This document shows, piece after piece, positions 39,408-51,397 of a stretch of DNA of 64,000 bases. How positions within the stretch are numbered: position 1 is the stretch's first letter; each line of letters opens with the position of its first letter. The notes under the pieces were generated by a model. It made no database searches. It saw only the letters and a program-made list of their open reading frames with translations, and was not told the DNA's origin. The position numbers and the translations under genes were made by a program. The stretch comes from Candidatus Saccharimonadota bacterium (GTDB lineage: Bacteria > Patescibacteriota > Saccharimonadia > Saccharimonadales > SZUA-47), in assembly GCA_016700315.1 (NCBI GenBank), contig CP065013.1, positions 641,449 to 705,448 on the forward strand, read 5' to 3'.

Positions 39408-40850
39408 ATGAAAAAAGCATACTACGTTACAACTTCTATACCATATGTGAATGGCGACCCTCACATTGGTTTTGGCATGGAGATTATCCAAGCTGATGTA
39501 CTGGCACGCTATGCCAGGCAGCAGGGTAATGAGGTGCTATTCTCCACCGGAACAGATGAACACGGCACAAAAGTAGCCGAAAAGGCGATCGAGGAAAACA
39601 AAGACGTTGTTGAATTTGTACAAGAAAAGTCTGACAGTTTTAGAGAGCTATGCAAAGCGCTGAACATCAGCAATGATCGCTTTATTCGTACCACTGACAA
39701 AGGTCATGAGCAGCGCTCGCAGATTATCTGGCAGAATCTAAAAAAAGGCGACATTTACAAAGGTAAGTACGTAGGTTGGTATGATGTTCGACAGGAGGAA
39801 TTTGTCACCGAGAGCCAGGCCGATCCAGAACGTATGAAGCCCGATCATCCTCAAGCCTACCGCAAACTCGAAGAAGAAAACTACTTCTTTAAGCTCAGTG
39901 CCTACACCGAAGAAGTTAAGCAAGCCATTAAAAGTGGTAAGTTTGAGATTATCCCTCAAAAACGCCGTAATGAGATTTTGGCAGTGCTAGAGAAAGGCTT
40001 AGAAGACATTAGTGTGTCTAGGCCAAAAGACAAGATAAGTTGGGGTGTGCCTGTGCCGGGTGATGACACCCAAGTAATGTACGTTTGGTTTGAGGCGCTG
40101 ATGAACTACATCACGGTACTTGGTTACCCGGAATTCGATGATTTTAAGAGGTTCTGGCCAGCCAACGTGCAAGTAATCGGCAAAGATATTATTCGTTTTC
40201 ATGCGGCGATTTGGCCTGCAATGCTACTGAGTCTTGGACTTAGTTTACCTAAAAAGCTTTATGTTCACGGATTCATAAATGTTGACGGCCAAAAAATGAG
40301 CAAAAGTATAGGCAATGTTATTGCACCAAAAGAGATCCTTGGTAAGTACGGCGTAGATACATACCGCTACTTTTTCCTACGCCACACTAGCAGTAGTGAC
40401 GACGGTGATTTTACATGGGACAAGTTGGCTAAGGCTTACAACGGCGAACTGGCTAACGAACTTGGGAATGCTGTTAGCCGTGTGGCAAGCATGATAACGC
40501 GTTACCAAGCAGGCGTGATAGGCGACGTGCCAGAAAGCAAGCACGATCGTCGTGAGTATGACGCAGCAATGGAAAAATGCCAATTCGACATTGCGCTCTC
40601 GGAGGTTTGGGAGCAAGTTCGGGGTCTAAATCAGTTTATCGACGAAACCAAGCCCTGGGTGATAGCAAAGGAGCAAGATCCGGAGCATCTACAAGATGTA
40701 CTGGCGCAGGCCGTCAGCGATCTGCTACAGGTAGCTGAGCTATTGGTACCGTTCATGCCAGACACAGCAAGCAAGATTGAGCATATTTTTGTTAAAGGCG
40801 TAGTGCGCATGCCGAAAGAGAATTTATTCCCAAGACTTGAAATCGGGTGA
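39408..40850 (+). CDS. metG: methionyl-tRNA synthetase (short form)
   Basis: PYVNGDPHIGF (HIGH), QKMSKSIGN (KMSKS), 480 aa. Confidence 0.9.
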   Translation: MKKAYYVTTSIPYVNGDPHIGFGMEIIQADVLARYARQQGNEVLFSTGTDEHGTKVAEKAIEENKDVVEFVQEKSDSFRELCKALNISNDRFIRTTDKGHEQRSQIIWQNLKKGDIYKGKYVGWYDVRQEEFVTESQADPERMKPDHPQAYRKLEEENYFFKLSAYTEEVKQAIKSGKFEIIPQKRRNEILAVLEKGLEDISVSRPKDKISWGVPVPGDDTQVMYVWFEALMNYITVLGYPEFDDFKRFWPANVQVIGKDIIRFHAAIWPAMLLSLGLSLPKKLYVHGFINVDGQKMSKSIGNVIAPKEILGKYGVDTYRYFFLRHTSSSDDGDFTWDKLAKAYNGELANELGNAVSRVASMITRYQAGVIGDVPESKHDRREYDAAMEKCQFDIALSEVWEQVRGLNQFIDETKPWVIAKEQDPEHLQDVLAQAVSDLLQVAELLVPFMPDTASKIEHIFVKGVVRMPKENLFPRLEIG

Positions 40851-41147
40851 GTTGATAGTTGATAGAAGAGACAAGAAGCAAGAGACAAGAGATAAGACGC
40901 AAGAGTCATGAGCCAAGAGCCAAGAGCCAAGAGCCAAGAGCTAGGGACTAGGGTCTAGGGTCTAGGGTCTAGCAGGTATTACCCCGTACCCTGTACTGCG
41001 TACCCCGTACCTCCTAGGGACTAGGGTCCAGGGTCTAGGGACCAGTTTATAGTTTATAGTTAATACTTGATACTATCTTTGTTTAGAATTTAGTGCTTAG
41101 GATTTAGAATTTATGCTAACTACTTGCTACTTTCTACTAACTACTTT
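40851..41147. repeat. heptamer-mosaic element A (abutting runs of 7-nt tandem repeats)
   Basis: Runs: GTTGATA x2; AGAGACA-like x7; GCCAAGA x4; CTAGGGT/CTAGGGA x5; CCGTACC-like x5; TAGGGNC x4; TTTATAG x2; TTAGAAT-like x4; CTACT-type x4. Starts 1 nt after the metG stop. Confidence 0.9.
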
Positions 41148-41170
41148 TAAATGTCAGGAGGGCGCTATAG

Positions 41171-41944
41171 ATGGAATTATTTGATACGCATTGCCATGTT
41201 CATTTTGCGGATTATAAAATTGACGTCCAGCAGGTCAGTAAAAACTCGCTGGCCGCAGGCGTAAAATATCAGATGCTAGTGGGCTGTACCTTAGAGGACA
41301 GTATCGCAGCCTTTGATTATGCCAAAAAAACAGGCGATCTAAAAAGCTATATCAGTATTGGACTGCATCCACACGAAGGTTCAGTATATGCTGGCGATGA
41401 GCTGGCGTTGGCTGAATTTAGCGAGCTTGCTACGCGTCCCGAGGTGGTTGCAATTGGCGAAACGGGTTTAGATTATTACTATAACCACTCTGATCGAATA
41501 ACTCAGGAGAAACTTTTTCGTTTTCAGCTTGATCTGGCCGCAAAGCATGATTTGCCGCTTATTTTTCATGTACGCAGCGCTTTTACTGAATTTTTTGAGA
41601 TACTTGATACTTACCAAAATATCCGAGGCGTGGTACACTGTTTTAGCTCAGGTGAGGCAGAGCTTCACGAAATTCTTAAACGGGGTCTGTATGTTGGGCT
41701 AAATGGCATTATGACATTTACGCACGACCAGGGGCAGCTCGCAGCGGCCAAAAAAGTACCACTGGATCGGTTACTTCTTGAAACTGATTCGCCATACTTG
41801 ACTCCTAAGCCCTTTCGTGGTACAATCTGTGAGCCCAAGCATGTGGCAGTAACGGCCGAGTTTTTAGCTTCATTAAGAGGAGAAAAACTCGAAGATTTAG
41901 TAGCTACTACCACGGCAAATGCAATAAAATTATTCAAACTATGA
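41171..41944 (+). CDS. tatD: TatD-family metal-dependent hydrolase
   Basis: DTHCHV, GETGLDYYY, HCFSSG, ETDSPYLTP. Confidence 0.85.
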   Translation: MELFDTHCHVHFADYKIDVQQVSKNSLAAGVKYQMLVGCTLEDSIAAFDYAKKTGDLKSYISIGLHPHEGSVYAGDELALAEFSELATRPEVVAIGETGLDYYYNHSDRITQEKLFRFQLDLAAKHDLPLIFHVRSAFTEFFEILDTYQNIRGVVHCFSSGEAELHEILKRGLYVGLNGIMTFTHDQGQLAAAKKVPLDRLLLETDSPYLTPKPFRGTICEPKHVAVTAEFLASLRGEKLEDLVATTTANAIKLFKL

Positions 41945-42309
41945 AACAACCCAAACTACCAAAAATACTCAGCCGAACCGAGAGTGATCCCGGGCTTGTT
42001 TATGAAGGCAGAAAAAATCGCGAAACTATTCTTAGGCATTCAGTATTCCTTTTGAAAAGAAGCGTTAATGGCATGTACGAAAAACGAGGACAATTTGGTA
42101 GTTTTGTAAAGGCCGGAGACAACCCGGTAGTAGAGCGCCAGGCCTCCAATGTAATCGATATTTCTACTCAACGTCAGCTCGGCGGCATAACTGCTCCCGC
42201 GGAGCCTGCAATTGGTCATGATGACTATTTGAGCGGACTTCAGGCAGCGGTCGAAGCTGCTGCCAACGAAAGCACCGCAGCCATTACTCCACTAGATAAA
42301 GCAGCTTAA
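41941..42309 (+). CDS. hypothetical protein (122 aa)
   Basis: ORF overlapping the tatD stop. No motif recognised. Confidence 0.4.
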   Translation: MKQPKLPKILSRTESDPGLVYEGRKNRETILRHSVFLLKRSVNGMYEKRGQFGSFVKAGDNPVVERQASNVIDISTQRQLGGITAPAEPAIGHDDYLSGLQAAVEAAANESTAAITPLDKAA

Positions 42310-42315
42310 GGACAT

Positions 42316-42684
42316 TTGATGTTAAACCAGTTGTTCAAAGTTTCGAAGAACGATGACACCGTGTCAAAACGAGCGGCGATTCAACGCAGTTTGCTTCGAA
42401 AAGAGGCAGCCATTGGTGGTGAGCTTTTTGGCCCGGTTCCTGAAGGCGGCCGAAGAGAGTTTTTCTGTCTTGATGAGCATACTTGGATTTGGCATGAAGA
42501 ATGGCTAGACCAGAGCGGTCAGCGCCGAATTCGTACGACTCGTTACGTTATACGCGAGGATTCGATAATCAAAAAACAGGATAACGGTGAGTATCATTTG
42601 GTGAGTTTGTCTGAGGCTGAGAACTTGCTTAAAGCTGCCGAAACCTATCAGCGCCGAGTATCAAAAGAAGTTTACGGAGTTTAG
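42316..42684 (+). CDS. hypothetical protein (122 aa)
   Basis: ORF with AAGGA upstream. No motif recognised. Confidence 0.45.
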   Translation: MMLNQLFKVSKNDDTVSKRAAIQRSLLRKEAAIGGELFGPVPEGGRREFFCLDEHTWIWHEEWLDQSGQRRIRTTRYVIREDSIIKKQDNGEYHLVSLSEAENLLKAAETYQRRVSKEVYGV

Positions 42685-42687
42685 GCA

Positions 42688-43815
42688 TTGGCGGTCTATC
42701 TGGATTATGCAGCCGCGACACCGGTCGATAAGACGGTGTTGGCAGCGATGATGCCTTATTACAGCGAAAAATTCTACAATCCGTCTGCTATTTATTTGGC
42801 GGCACGAGAATGTCGAATTGAACTAGAAGATTTCAGGGCTAGAACCGCAAAGGTAATCGGAGCCAGTCGTAATGAGATAGTTTTTTGTGCTGGTGCAAGC
42901 GAAGCCAACAATCTAGCATTAAATGGGGTGGTTGGAGCTTATGGAGGGAATGTTATAAGCTCGGCCATTGAGCATGATTCGGTTATAAAAAATCATAATT
43001 TATTACCTCGACAACAGCTGACTGTAGACAAGAAAGGTCGGCTAAATATCACTAACTTGAAGAGTAGGATAGATGACCAAGTTAGCCTAATTTCGGTTGC
43101 GCATATTAGTAATGAATTGGGAGTGGTACAGCCGCTTAACGCAGTTAGCGAGCTGGTCGCTGAAGTTCGTAAAGACCGTCAAAAAAGAGGTGTTAAGCTA
43201 CCGCTTTTGCTTCACACAGACGCATCACAATCGCTGTATTTAGATGTGCATGTTAGCCGCTTAGGTGTTGATCTAATGACAATAAGCGGTGGTAAGATGT
43301 ACGGGCCTAAGCAATCGGCGGCCCTGTATGTCCGTGCTGGCATTGTGCTAACGCCACAAATAGTTGGCGGTGGTCAGGAGTTTGGTTTGAGAGCTGGGAC
43401 TGAATCATTGGCGCAGATATGTGGTTTTACTACGGCTTTGGAGTTAGCGAATAAACGGGCTCAATTGGAGAACAGACGACTTTCTGACCTGCGGGCGATA
43501 TTCGTGAACAATCTTGAAAATCTAGGCGGGCAAGTTTTAGGTCATGAAAAATACCACACGCCTCATATTGTAAGTGTTCGTTTTTCGGGCTTCGACAACG
43601 AGCGGTTAGTAATGGAGTTGGATGAAGCTGGCGTACAAGTTGCAAGTGGATCTGCCTGCAAAGCATCTAGCGGAGAGAGCTCAACAGTTCTTAAAGCGAT
43701 CGGACTATCCGAAAAAGAAGCCGGCGAAGTGCTGCGGTTCTCGTTTGGATTAATGACTACTGAAGAGCACATAAGCCAGGCAATCTTAGCTCTGACAAAG
43801 ATTCTAAGAGACTGA
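42688..43815 (+). CDS. cysteine desulfurase (class V aminotransferase, NifS/IscS-like)
   Basis: HTDASQ, SGGKMYGPK (PLP-Lys), SGSACKAS (active-site Cys loop). Confidence 0.85.
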   Translation: MAVYLDYAAATPVDKTVLAAMMPYYSEKFYNPSAIYLAARECRIELEDFRARTAKVIGASRNEIVFCAGASEANNLALNGVVGAYGGNVISSAIEHDSVIKNHNLLPRQQLTVDKKGRLNITNLKSRIDDQVSLISVAHISNELGVVQPLNAVSELVAEVRKDRQKRGVKLPLLLHTDASQSLYLDVHVSRLGVDLMTISGGKMYGPKQSAALYVRAGIVLTPQIVGGGQEFGLRAGTESLAQICGFTTALELANKRAQLENRRLSDLRAIFVNNLENLGGQVLGHEKYHTPHIVSVRFSGFDNERLVMELDEAGVQVASGSACKASSGESSTVLKAIGLSEKEAGEVLRFSFGLMTTEEHISQAILALTKILRD

Positions 43816-43965
43816 ATGCCTTTTAGCAAAGTTGTTAATAACAAAAAAGACGACATAAAAACTACGATCGTAGAAAAAATGTCGTCATTATATTTTGTAG
43901 GGGCTTGCAAAAAGACTTAAGGAGGGTATACTAGCATTGTAGGATTAAAAACAAAAAACAAAAAA

Positions 43966-44814
43966 ATGAAATTTCTCAAAATGTCACACTTGATAACACG
44001 GAGGCGTATTAGTGCTTTGTTTGGTCTTTTTGCTCTGATTATTATTTCGTTAAGCCACCCTTTAAGCGCTCAATCTGTAACTCAAGGTTATACTTTTGAT
44101 GGTGTAGCGCAGCGTGGGATGGTTGTATCTTTGAAACAAGACGACGCTAGTAAGATCGAGCTTTCTACCCTAGACAATGCTACGCAGGCACACGGAGTGA
44201 TTGTTGATCCGAATGATTCGCCGGTGACTATCAGTAGCGAGAATCAAAAAGTCTTTGTTGCTACAGTCGGCCGTTACGATGTTTTAGTTAGCGACCAGAA
44301 CGGACCGATTGCACCAGGTGATTACTTAACGCTTTCAGCAGTCGAAGGTATCGCAATGAAAGCCGACGAAAATCAATATGTAAGTGTCGGCAAAGCGCTG
44401 ACGGCGTTTGATGGCAAAACTACGGTTGTAAGCACAGTAGATCTCAAGGATTCTTCTGGAGGCGTCCAAAAAGTTAGCATTGGGCGTGTTCAGTTAGACA
44501 TTGGCATCGGCTCAAATCCGCTGGCCCGTCCCAAGCAATCCAATTTGCCTGAATATCTGCAAAAAATGGCCGATGGCATCGCCGACAAGCCAGTCAATTC
44601 AATCCGTATTTATCTGGGTCTTATATTGTTGGCTGTGTCAGGGACTATCGCTGGCAGCCTAATCTACGGCGGTGTTAGAAGTAGTTTAATTTCAATTGGT
44701 CGCAATCCTTTAAGCAAAAAATCCATCATTCGCGGCTTGATACAGGTTATCATTACTAGCATTATGATTTTGGTTGTGGGCATTTTTGGGGTATATTTAT
44801 TAATAAAGCTTTAG
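43966..44814 (+). CDS. hypothetical secreted-domain protein with a C-terminal two-TM hairpin resembling ATP synthase subunit c
   Basis: Signal/TM, a beta-rich domain of about 190 aa, then SGTIAGSLIYGGVRSSLISIGRNPLSKKSIIRGLIQVIITSIMILVVGIFGVYLLI. Compare the subunit c loop I(A/G)RQPE....IRG. There is no acidic residue in helix 2. Confidence 0.45.
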   Translation: MKFLKMSHLITRRRISALFGLFALIIISLSHPLSAQSVTQGYTFDGVAQRGMVVSLKQDDASKIELSTLDNATQAHGVIVDPNDSPVTISSENQKVFVATVGRYDVLVSDQNGPIAPGDYLTLSAVEGIAMKADENQYVSVGKALTAFDGKTTVVSTVDLKDSSGGVQKVSIGRVQLDIGIGSNPLARPKQSNLPEYLQKMADGIADKPVNSIRIYLGLILLAVSGTIAGSLIYGGVRSSLISIGRNPLSKKSIIRGLIQVIITSIMILVVGIFGVYLLIKL

Positions 44815-44850
44815 CTATATTTTTAAATTTTTGGTGGGAGTAAAAAAAGT

Positions 44851-45468
44851 ATGAGTCTCGGTGTTTTGGTGGGAGCACTTATGGCAATAGCGGCTGCCGT
44901 TGGCGGCTTTGTTTGGTACTATCTAAAAAATGACGACGTAAAGGCCGGGAGTACTGTTAAAGATGACTATGCATCACTAGCCCAAAAAGATGTAGAACAT
45001 ATCTTTAATGATCAGTTTCGTGAAGAGTTAAGAAATCGAGGACGCTTGCACTTTGAAAAGATAATTGGTGAAAACGCCATGTTCTTACAGCAAGATCTAC
45101 GGCTTACAACCTCTCAGCTTAATGAATTTATGAAAACTGAGATTACGCGTACTCTCAAAGAAGAGTTTGCGCGCTATGAGGAGTCAATTAATGATGCGAA
45201 ACAATTGGCAATCGACTCTATCCAAAAGACTCAAAAGACAATCGAAGAACAGCGTGAGGCATTAACTAAACAGATTGAAGTACAGTTGTCAGCCGAAAAA
45301 AGCCGACAACTGGCAAGATTCGAAAAACACATGGCCGATATCGTCAATCATTACGTCTTGCAGGCTATTGGCGATCAAATTGACCTAAACGACCAGCTTG
45401 ACTTTATTCTCGGAAACCTCGAGGAAAACAAGCAAGCTCTAATTCAGGATATTACCGAGGGGGCGTAA
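44851..45468 (+). CDS. F-type ATPase subunit b-like (one TM plus a long coiled coil)
   Basis: N-terminal TM followed by a charged helix of about 170 aa. Position upstream of delta/alpha. Confidence 0.55.
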   Translation: MSLGVLVGALMAIAAAVGGFVWYYLKNDDVKAGSTVKDDYASLAQKDVEHIFNDQFREELRNRGRLHFEKIIGENAMFLQQDLRLTTSQLNEFMKTEITRTLKEEFARYEESINDAKQLAIDSIQKTQKTIEEQREALTKQIEVQLSAEKSRQLARFEKHMADIVNHYVLQAIGDQIDLNDQLDFILGNLEENKQALIQDITEGA

Positions 45469-45474
45469 GAGGCA

Positions 45475-46143
45475 GTGGAAAAAGTCGATTTCATACTACC
45501 CTTAAGCGTAGCGACACCAACTGATTTGGGACGGTTGTTACGTGAGGCTGAGTCTCTACACGATTTTCTAGAGCAAGCTGCAATCCGTAAGACAGGCGAA
45601 CCGATGAAGATGCCTAAGACTAGCCGAATGCTAGACGAACTAATGCAGACCAACAAAATGAACGGATTACAAAGTACAGAACGCCAAAAACTGATTAAAT
45701 GGCTAACCGCAATTAAGAAAAAAGCCCCAGTTGTACATATTAGTTTTGGCGCTGACCCTAGCCCAGTATTTCTACAAAAACTAGTAGCTTGGTTCCGCCA
45801 AAATATTCATCAATTCTTGATGATTCGGGTCGGTTTGCAGCCAAACATAGGTGCAGGTTGTATGATCAGGACCAACAATAAGGTTTTTGATATGAGCCTG
45901 AGGCAATATTTCAAGAAGCACTATCAGTACTTCGTCGATCATCTGCACGCTGTTATGGAAGATCCCAAGTCGAGCCAAGAGTCACCAGCCACCAGCCAAC
46001 AGCTAACAGCCGACGGCCAACGGCCACCAGCCGACGGCCAACAGCCACCGGCCAGCAGTCACCTGCCAACAGCCGACGGCCAACAGCAACCGGTCGATAG
46101 TCAGCAGTCGTCGGTAAACAGTAAACAAGGTACTAAAAAGTGA
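45475..46143 (+). CDS. F-type ATPase subunit delta (OSCP)-like with a heptamer-repeat-encoded C-terminal tail
   Basis: [22 protein letters not shown]...[31 protein letters not shown] fits the delta C-terminal domain pattern (..vDpsliGG..i..g....D.S....L). The last ~55 aa are 7-aa periodic. Confidence 0.55.
   Translation: MEKVDFILPLSVATPTDLGRLLREAESLHDFLEQAAIRKTGEPMKMPKTSRMLDELMQTNKMNGLQSTERQKLIKWLTAIKKKAPVVHISFGADPSPVFLQKLVAWFRQNIHQFLMIRVGLQPNIGAGCMIRTNNKVFDMSLRQYFKKHYQYFVDHLHAVMEDPKSSQESPATSQQLTADGQRPPADGQQPPASSHLPTADGQQQPVDSQQSSVNSKQGTKK
45968..46135 (+). repeat. in-frame heptamer array (~23 units, CCAACAG/CCGACGG type) inside the delta-like gene
   Basis: CCAAGAG TCACCAG CCACCAG CCAACAG CTAACAG CCGACGG CCAACGG CCACCAG CCGACGG CCAACAG ... 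TAAACAG TAAACAA. Confidence 0.9.
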
Positions 46144-47567
46144 GCGCTGGCCAACACTTTGACAAACTAGTAGCAGCCGGCAATCCGGTTGGTGAAGTTG
46201 TTGCAGTCGATAAGTTCTTGGTGCGGATTCATGGCCTGCAGCCGTGCCAGATTCACGCTCTCGTATTATTTGATGATGGCAGCAAGGGCTTTGTTCATCA
46301 GGTGCTAAAAGACGAGGTAATCGTGCTGCATCTTGGCGATCACAACCTAACAGTCGGGATGATCGCAGTAATCCAGCATCAAGAACTTGTCAGTAAAGTC
46401 GGCAAAGATTTTATCGGCAGAGTCATATCGGTCCAAGGCGAGCCATTAGATGGAAAAGGTCCGATTGCAGCTGATAGCGTTTGGCCTGTGTTCCGTACTG
46501 CGCCGCCATTGTACGCCAGGAAGCTGTTAGACACACAGCTAGAAAGCGGAGTGATTGCGATTGACTCATTGTTCCCGATTGTCCGTGGACAGCGTATGGC
46601 ACTACTGGGTGACAGTAAGTCTGGCAAAAGTACTCTCGTAACTCAACTTACTATAAACCAACAAAACACTGATCAAGTGGTTGTGTTTGTGTTAATTGCC
46701 AAGAGACGTACCGATGTTGATACGCTATTGAGTCGCCTCAATGACAGCAAAGGCCTGGACAAGGCAGTGGTTATAGTCTCGACAATGTTTGAGAGTTTGA
46801 TAGCCAGCTATATCGCTCCTTACGTAGGTGTGGCGATGGCCGAGTACCTTTGGCAGGAGCTGGGCCAGGATACGATCATTATTTATGACGATCTTACTAG
46901 TCATGCCCACGCATACCGAGAGGTGGCTCTCATGAGTGGCGTTAGCCCAGGTCGAGATAGCTATCCTGGAGACATGTTCTACGCCCATTCTAGCCTTTTG
47001 GAGCGCGCCGGGCGCCTTGACAGCAACGCTGCTCATCTAACTAGTATCCCGCTAGTCAACGCCGCAGGAGGCGACATTACAGCCTACCTGCCAACAAACA
47101 TCATGTCTATTACTGATGGACAGTGGATTTTGGACATGGATATTTTCCGAAACGGGATTAGGCCGGCCCTAAACATTGGTCTGTCGGTGACTCGTGTTGG
47201 TGGAGTCGGTCATAATAAACGCCAAAAAGGTTTGGCTGCGCAAACGCTAAAGATACTAGCAGATTATCGTCAAGCCGAAGAGTTTTCTCACTTCGGAAGC
47301 GAACTTGCACTTGAGGCAAAGCATGCGCTTGAAGTTGGCAAAAATCTCTTTTCGGTAATGACACAGAGCCCGACAGATACCTATTCTTTTGTGGCGCAGG
47401 AACTGATGCTTGATATTGTGCTTAATCTAAAAACAGAGGAAAAACTCGATGTCTCGCAGCTAAAACTCAATGTGAAAGAATTCGCCGCCAAAATTACCAA
47501 AGACGAGGAATTTGAGAAAGTGCGCGATGAGCTGAAGGCTAAATGCATAGTGGAGCTAAAGAAATAA
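46140..47567 (+). CDS. atpA: F-type ATPase subunit alpha (divergent)
   Basis: [16 protein letters not shown] (P-loop position), [61 protein letters not shown]. Confidence 0.85.
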   Translation: MSAGQHFDKLVAAGNPVGEVVAVDKFLVRIHGLQPCQIHALVLFDDGSKGFVHQVLKDEVIVLHLGDHNLTVGMIAVIQHQELVSKVGKDFIGRVISVQGEPLDGKGPIAADSVWPVFRTAPPLYARKLLDTQLESGVIAIDSLFPIVRGQRMALLGDSKSGKSTLVTQLTINQQNTDQVVVFVLIAKRRTDVDTLLSRLNDSKGLDKAVVIVSTMFESLIASYIAPYVGVAMAEYLWQELGQDTIIIYDDLTSHAHAYREVALMSGVSPGRDSYPGDMFYAHSSLLERAGRLDSNAAHLTSIPLVNAAGGDITAYLPTNIMSITDGQWILDMDIFRNGIRPALNIGLSVTRVGGVGHNKRQKGLAAQTLKILADYRQAEEFSHFGSELALEAKHALEVGKNLFSVMTQSPTDTYSFVAQELMLDIVLNLKTEEKLDVSQLKLNVKEFAAKITKDEEFEKVRDELKAKCIVELKK

Positions 47568-47570
47568 TAT

Positions 47571-47693
47571 GAGAATAAAGAGTATTGAGTATAGAGACAG
47601 CAAGAAGGTTGAATTTTCAATTTTCAATTCTCAATTCTCAATTTTCAACAACTTACGTCTATCTACCATCTACCATCTACCATCTGCTACTTT
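47571..47693. repeat. heptamer-mosaic element B between atpA and atpG
   Basis: TTTTCAA/TTCTCAA x5, CTACCAT x3 and related 7-mers fill the 144-nt intergenic gap. Confidence 0.85.
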
Positions 47694-47711
47694 AACGTCG
47701 GAGGCGTCAAG

Positions 47712-49873
<2,162 letters not shown>

Positions 49874-49875
49874 TT

Positions 49876-50217
49876 ATGGGTGATCTAACGACAGACAAGC
49901 CAGCCAAGGACGTTTCCAGCGGTAAGCCGACCGATAAAACAGCCACTGATCTGCCAAAACAGAACATACCAGCTGGTAAAATGCATGTAAAAATTTATGC
50001 ACCATTTAAAACATATTTTAATGGACTAGCGGAGAGCGTCAGTGCTGAAAATTTGACTGGACCTTTTGATATTCTGGCAGGTCACAAAAACTTTATGACA
50101 CTACTTAGCCCATGTGAGATTATGATCCGAAACGACAAGAAGGAAAGCCGTATCAAAATAAACCAGGCAGTCATGCACGTAAAATCCAACGAGATAATTG
50201 TCTTTTTGGATGTTTAG
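49876..50217 (+). CDS. atpC: F-type ATPase subunit epsilon-like (N-terminal extension, no C-terminal helices)
   Basis: MHVKIYAPFKTYFNGLAESVSAENLTGPFDILAGHKNFMTLL matches the epsilon beta-sandwich pattern (..P....f.g.v..v......G.fgiL.gH.p.lt.L). Confidence 0.6.
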   Translation: MGDLTTDKPAKDVSSGKPTDKTATDLPKQNIPAGKMHVKIYAPFKTYFNGLAESVSAENLTGPFDILAGHKNFMTLLSPCEIMIRNDKKESRIKINQAVMHVKSNEIIVFLDV

Positions 50218-51257
50218 TCAATTACGATAAAGTCGAATGAGAACGAACTAGGGCTTGGCGCATTAACGCAGGCGATAGAAAAACCAGTCGAAGTCCTAGA
50301 AACTACATACCAGCCGATATTGGCAGCACTTGATCCAACAGGAGTAATAATGACGTGCGGTATGCCGTTAAAAGCTTTGGCAAATGTGATTTGGGCTAAC
50401 ACACCGGCTGGGGAGCCGGTGCCAACGTTTACGCCTACTGTTCCAGCGGTATCGGTGCCGCTTATCGAGACAGTACCGCCGCTACCTAGCGCGGTTCCGC
50501 CGTTTACTCTTGGAGTGCTGCCGCCTGCATCTATGTGGTTGCTAATCTGTAGGTCGCCGCTTAAGTTTATTCTATCGATATTGATACTGGGCGCACTTAT
50601 TGGGCCGGCAAAGTTGGCTGATCCAGATACAGTTAGGCCTTTTTGGACTATCAGCTGACCGTTGATTGTGCCATCTCCCGATAGCCCAAGCTGATTCATG
50701 GTTACATCATCAAGCGTAGACTTACCGGAAACACTAATGCCGGGCAAAGACAATGCGCCGCCAACTTTAATGATGCCAGCGACGTCAAGATCGCCGCGGA
50801 TAAGGGTAGTGCCGTTAAAAACGGTGTTAGATTCGATCGTCAAAAGGGACTTAGGGTCGCCAACTTTGATTTCGTTGCTAGATAGTTCCTTGAGCTTTTC
50901 TGGAGTTAGGGTCTGCGTCTGAGTAGTTGGCTTTTGCTCGGCCTTTTTGCCTTGTAAGTAAGCGATAGCACTAATTACGGCTGCGACTATAACTATAAAA
51001 ATAAACAGTACGAGGTATAGGTTTAAACTGCTGATAAAATTTCGGATTTTACCGTTGGAACTCTTCTTTGGCGCCTCGCCGCCAGCTTTTTGGGGCGCGG
51101 CCTGTCCTCCGGTTGCATCCTGAACTTCCGGTGTTGCATCGGGGCTAGTTTCGGTAGACGGCTCTGTGGCAGCTGGTGCTGGTTCTGAGGTCGTCGATGC
51201 AGTCTGGTCAGGGACCGGACTCGCTTGTGCTGGTGTTTCTGGTTTTTTTTCTTCCAC
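50214..51257 (-). CDS. membrane-anchored surface protein: disordered P/T/E-rich N-terminus, TM, beta-helix-like repeats, H-type-lectin-like C-terminus
   Basis: TM LYLVLFIFIVIVAAVISAIAYL. Gly-rich repeats of ~20 aa (G.L.V.G...). C-terminal FAKAFNGIPHVIITPVG...SRTSTGFSI...FSFDFIV. Confidence 0.5.
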   Translation of the reverse strand: MEEKKPETPAQASPVPDQTASTTSEPAPAATEPSTETSPDATPEVQDATGGQAAPQKAGGEAPKKSSNGKIRNFISSLNLYLVLFIFIVIVAAVISAIAYLQGKKAEQKPTTQTQTLTPEKLKELSSNEIKVGDPKSLLTIESNTVFNGTTLIRGDLDVAGIIKVGGALSLPGISVSGKSTLDDVTMNQLGLSGDGTINGQLIVQKGLTVSGSANFAGPISAPSINIDRINLSGDLQISNHIDAGGSTPRVNGGTALGSGGTVSISGTDTAGTVGVNVGTGSPAGVLAQITFAKAFNGIPHVIITPVGSSAANIGWYVVSRTSTGFSIACVNAPSPSSFSFDFIVID

Positions 51258-51397
51258 CCTTGTTTCTCTCTATTTCAATCTAGCTATTATTATAAGACAT
51301 ATACGTTCAAAAACATAAACAGTTTGCCATATTTTAACTCAGTTGAGATAATTACATCGTAACGTCTTCTGACAAAACATAAACGTCACGGAGAAGA

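Noticed and set aside
40931-41040. CTAGGGT/TAGGGAC runs resemble telomeric TTAGGG/TTTAGGG repeats.
   Set aside because: They are internal, short (3-5 units), and only one of many heptamer types in the same element. There is no evidence of a linear replicon end.
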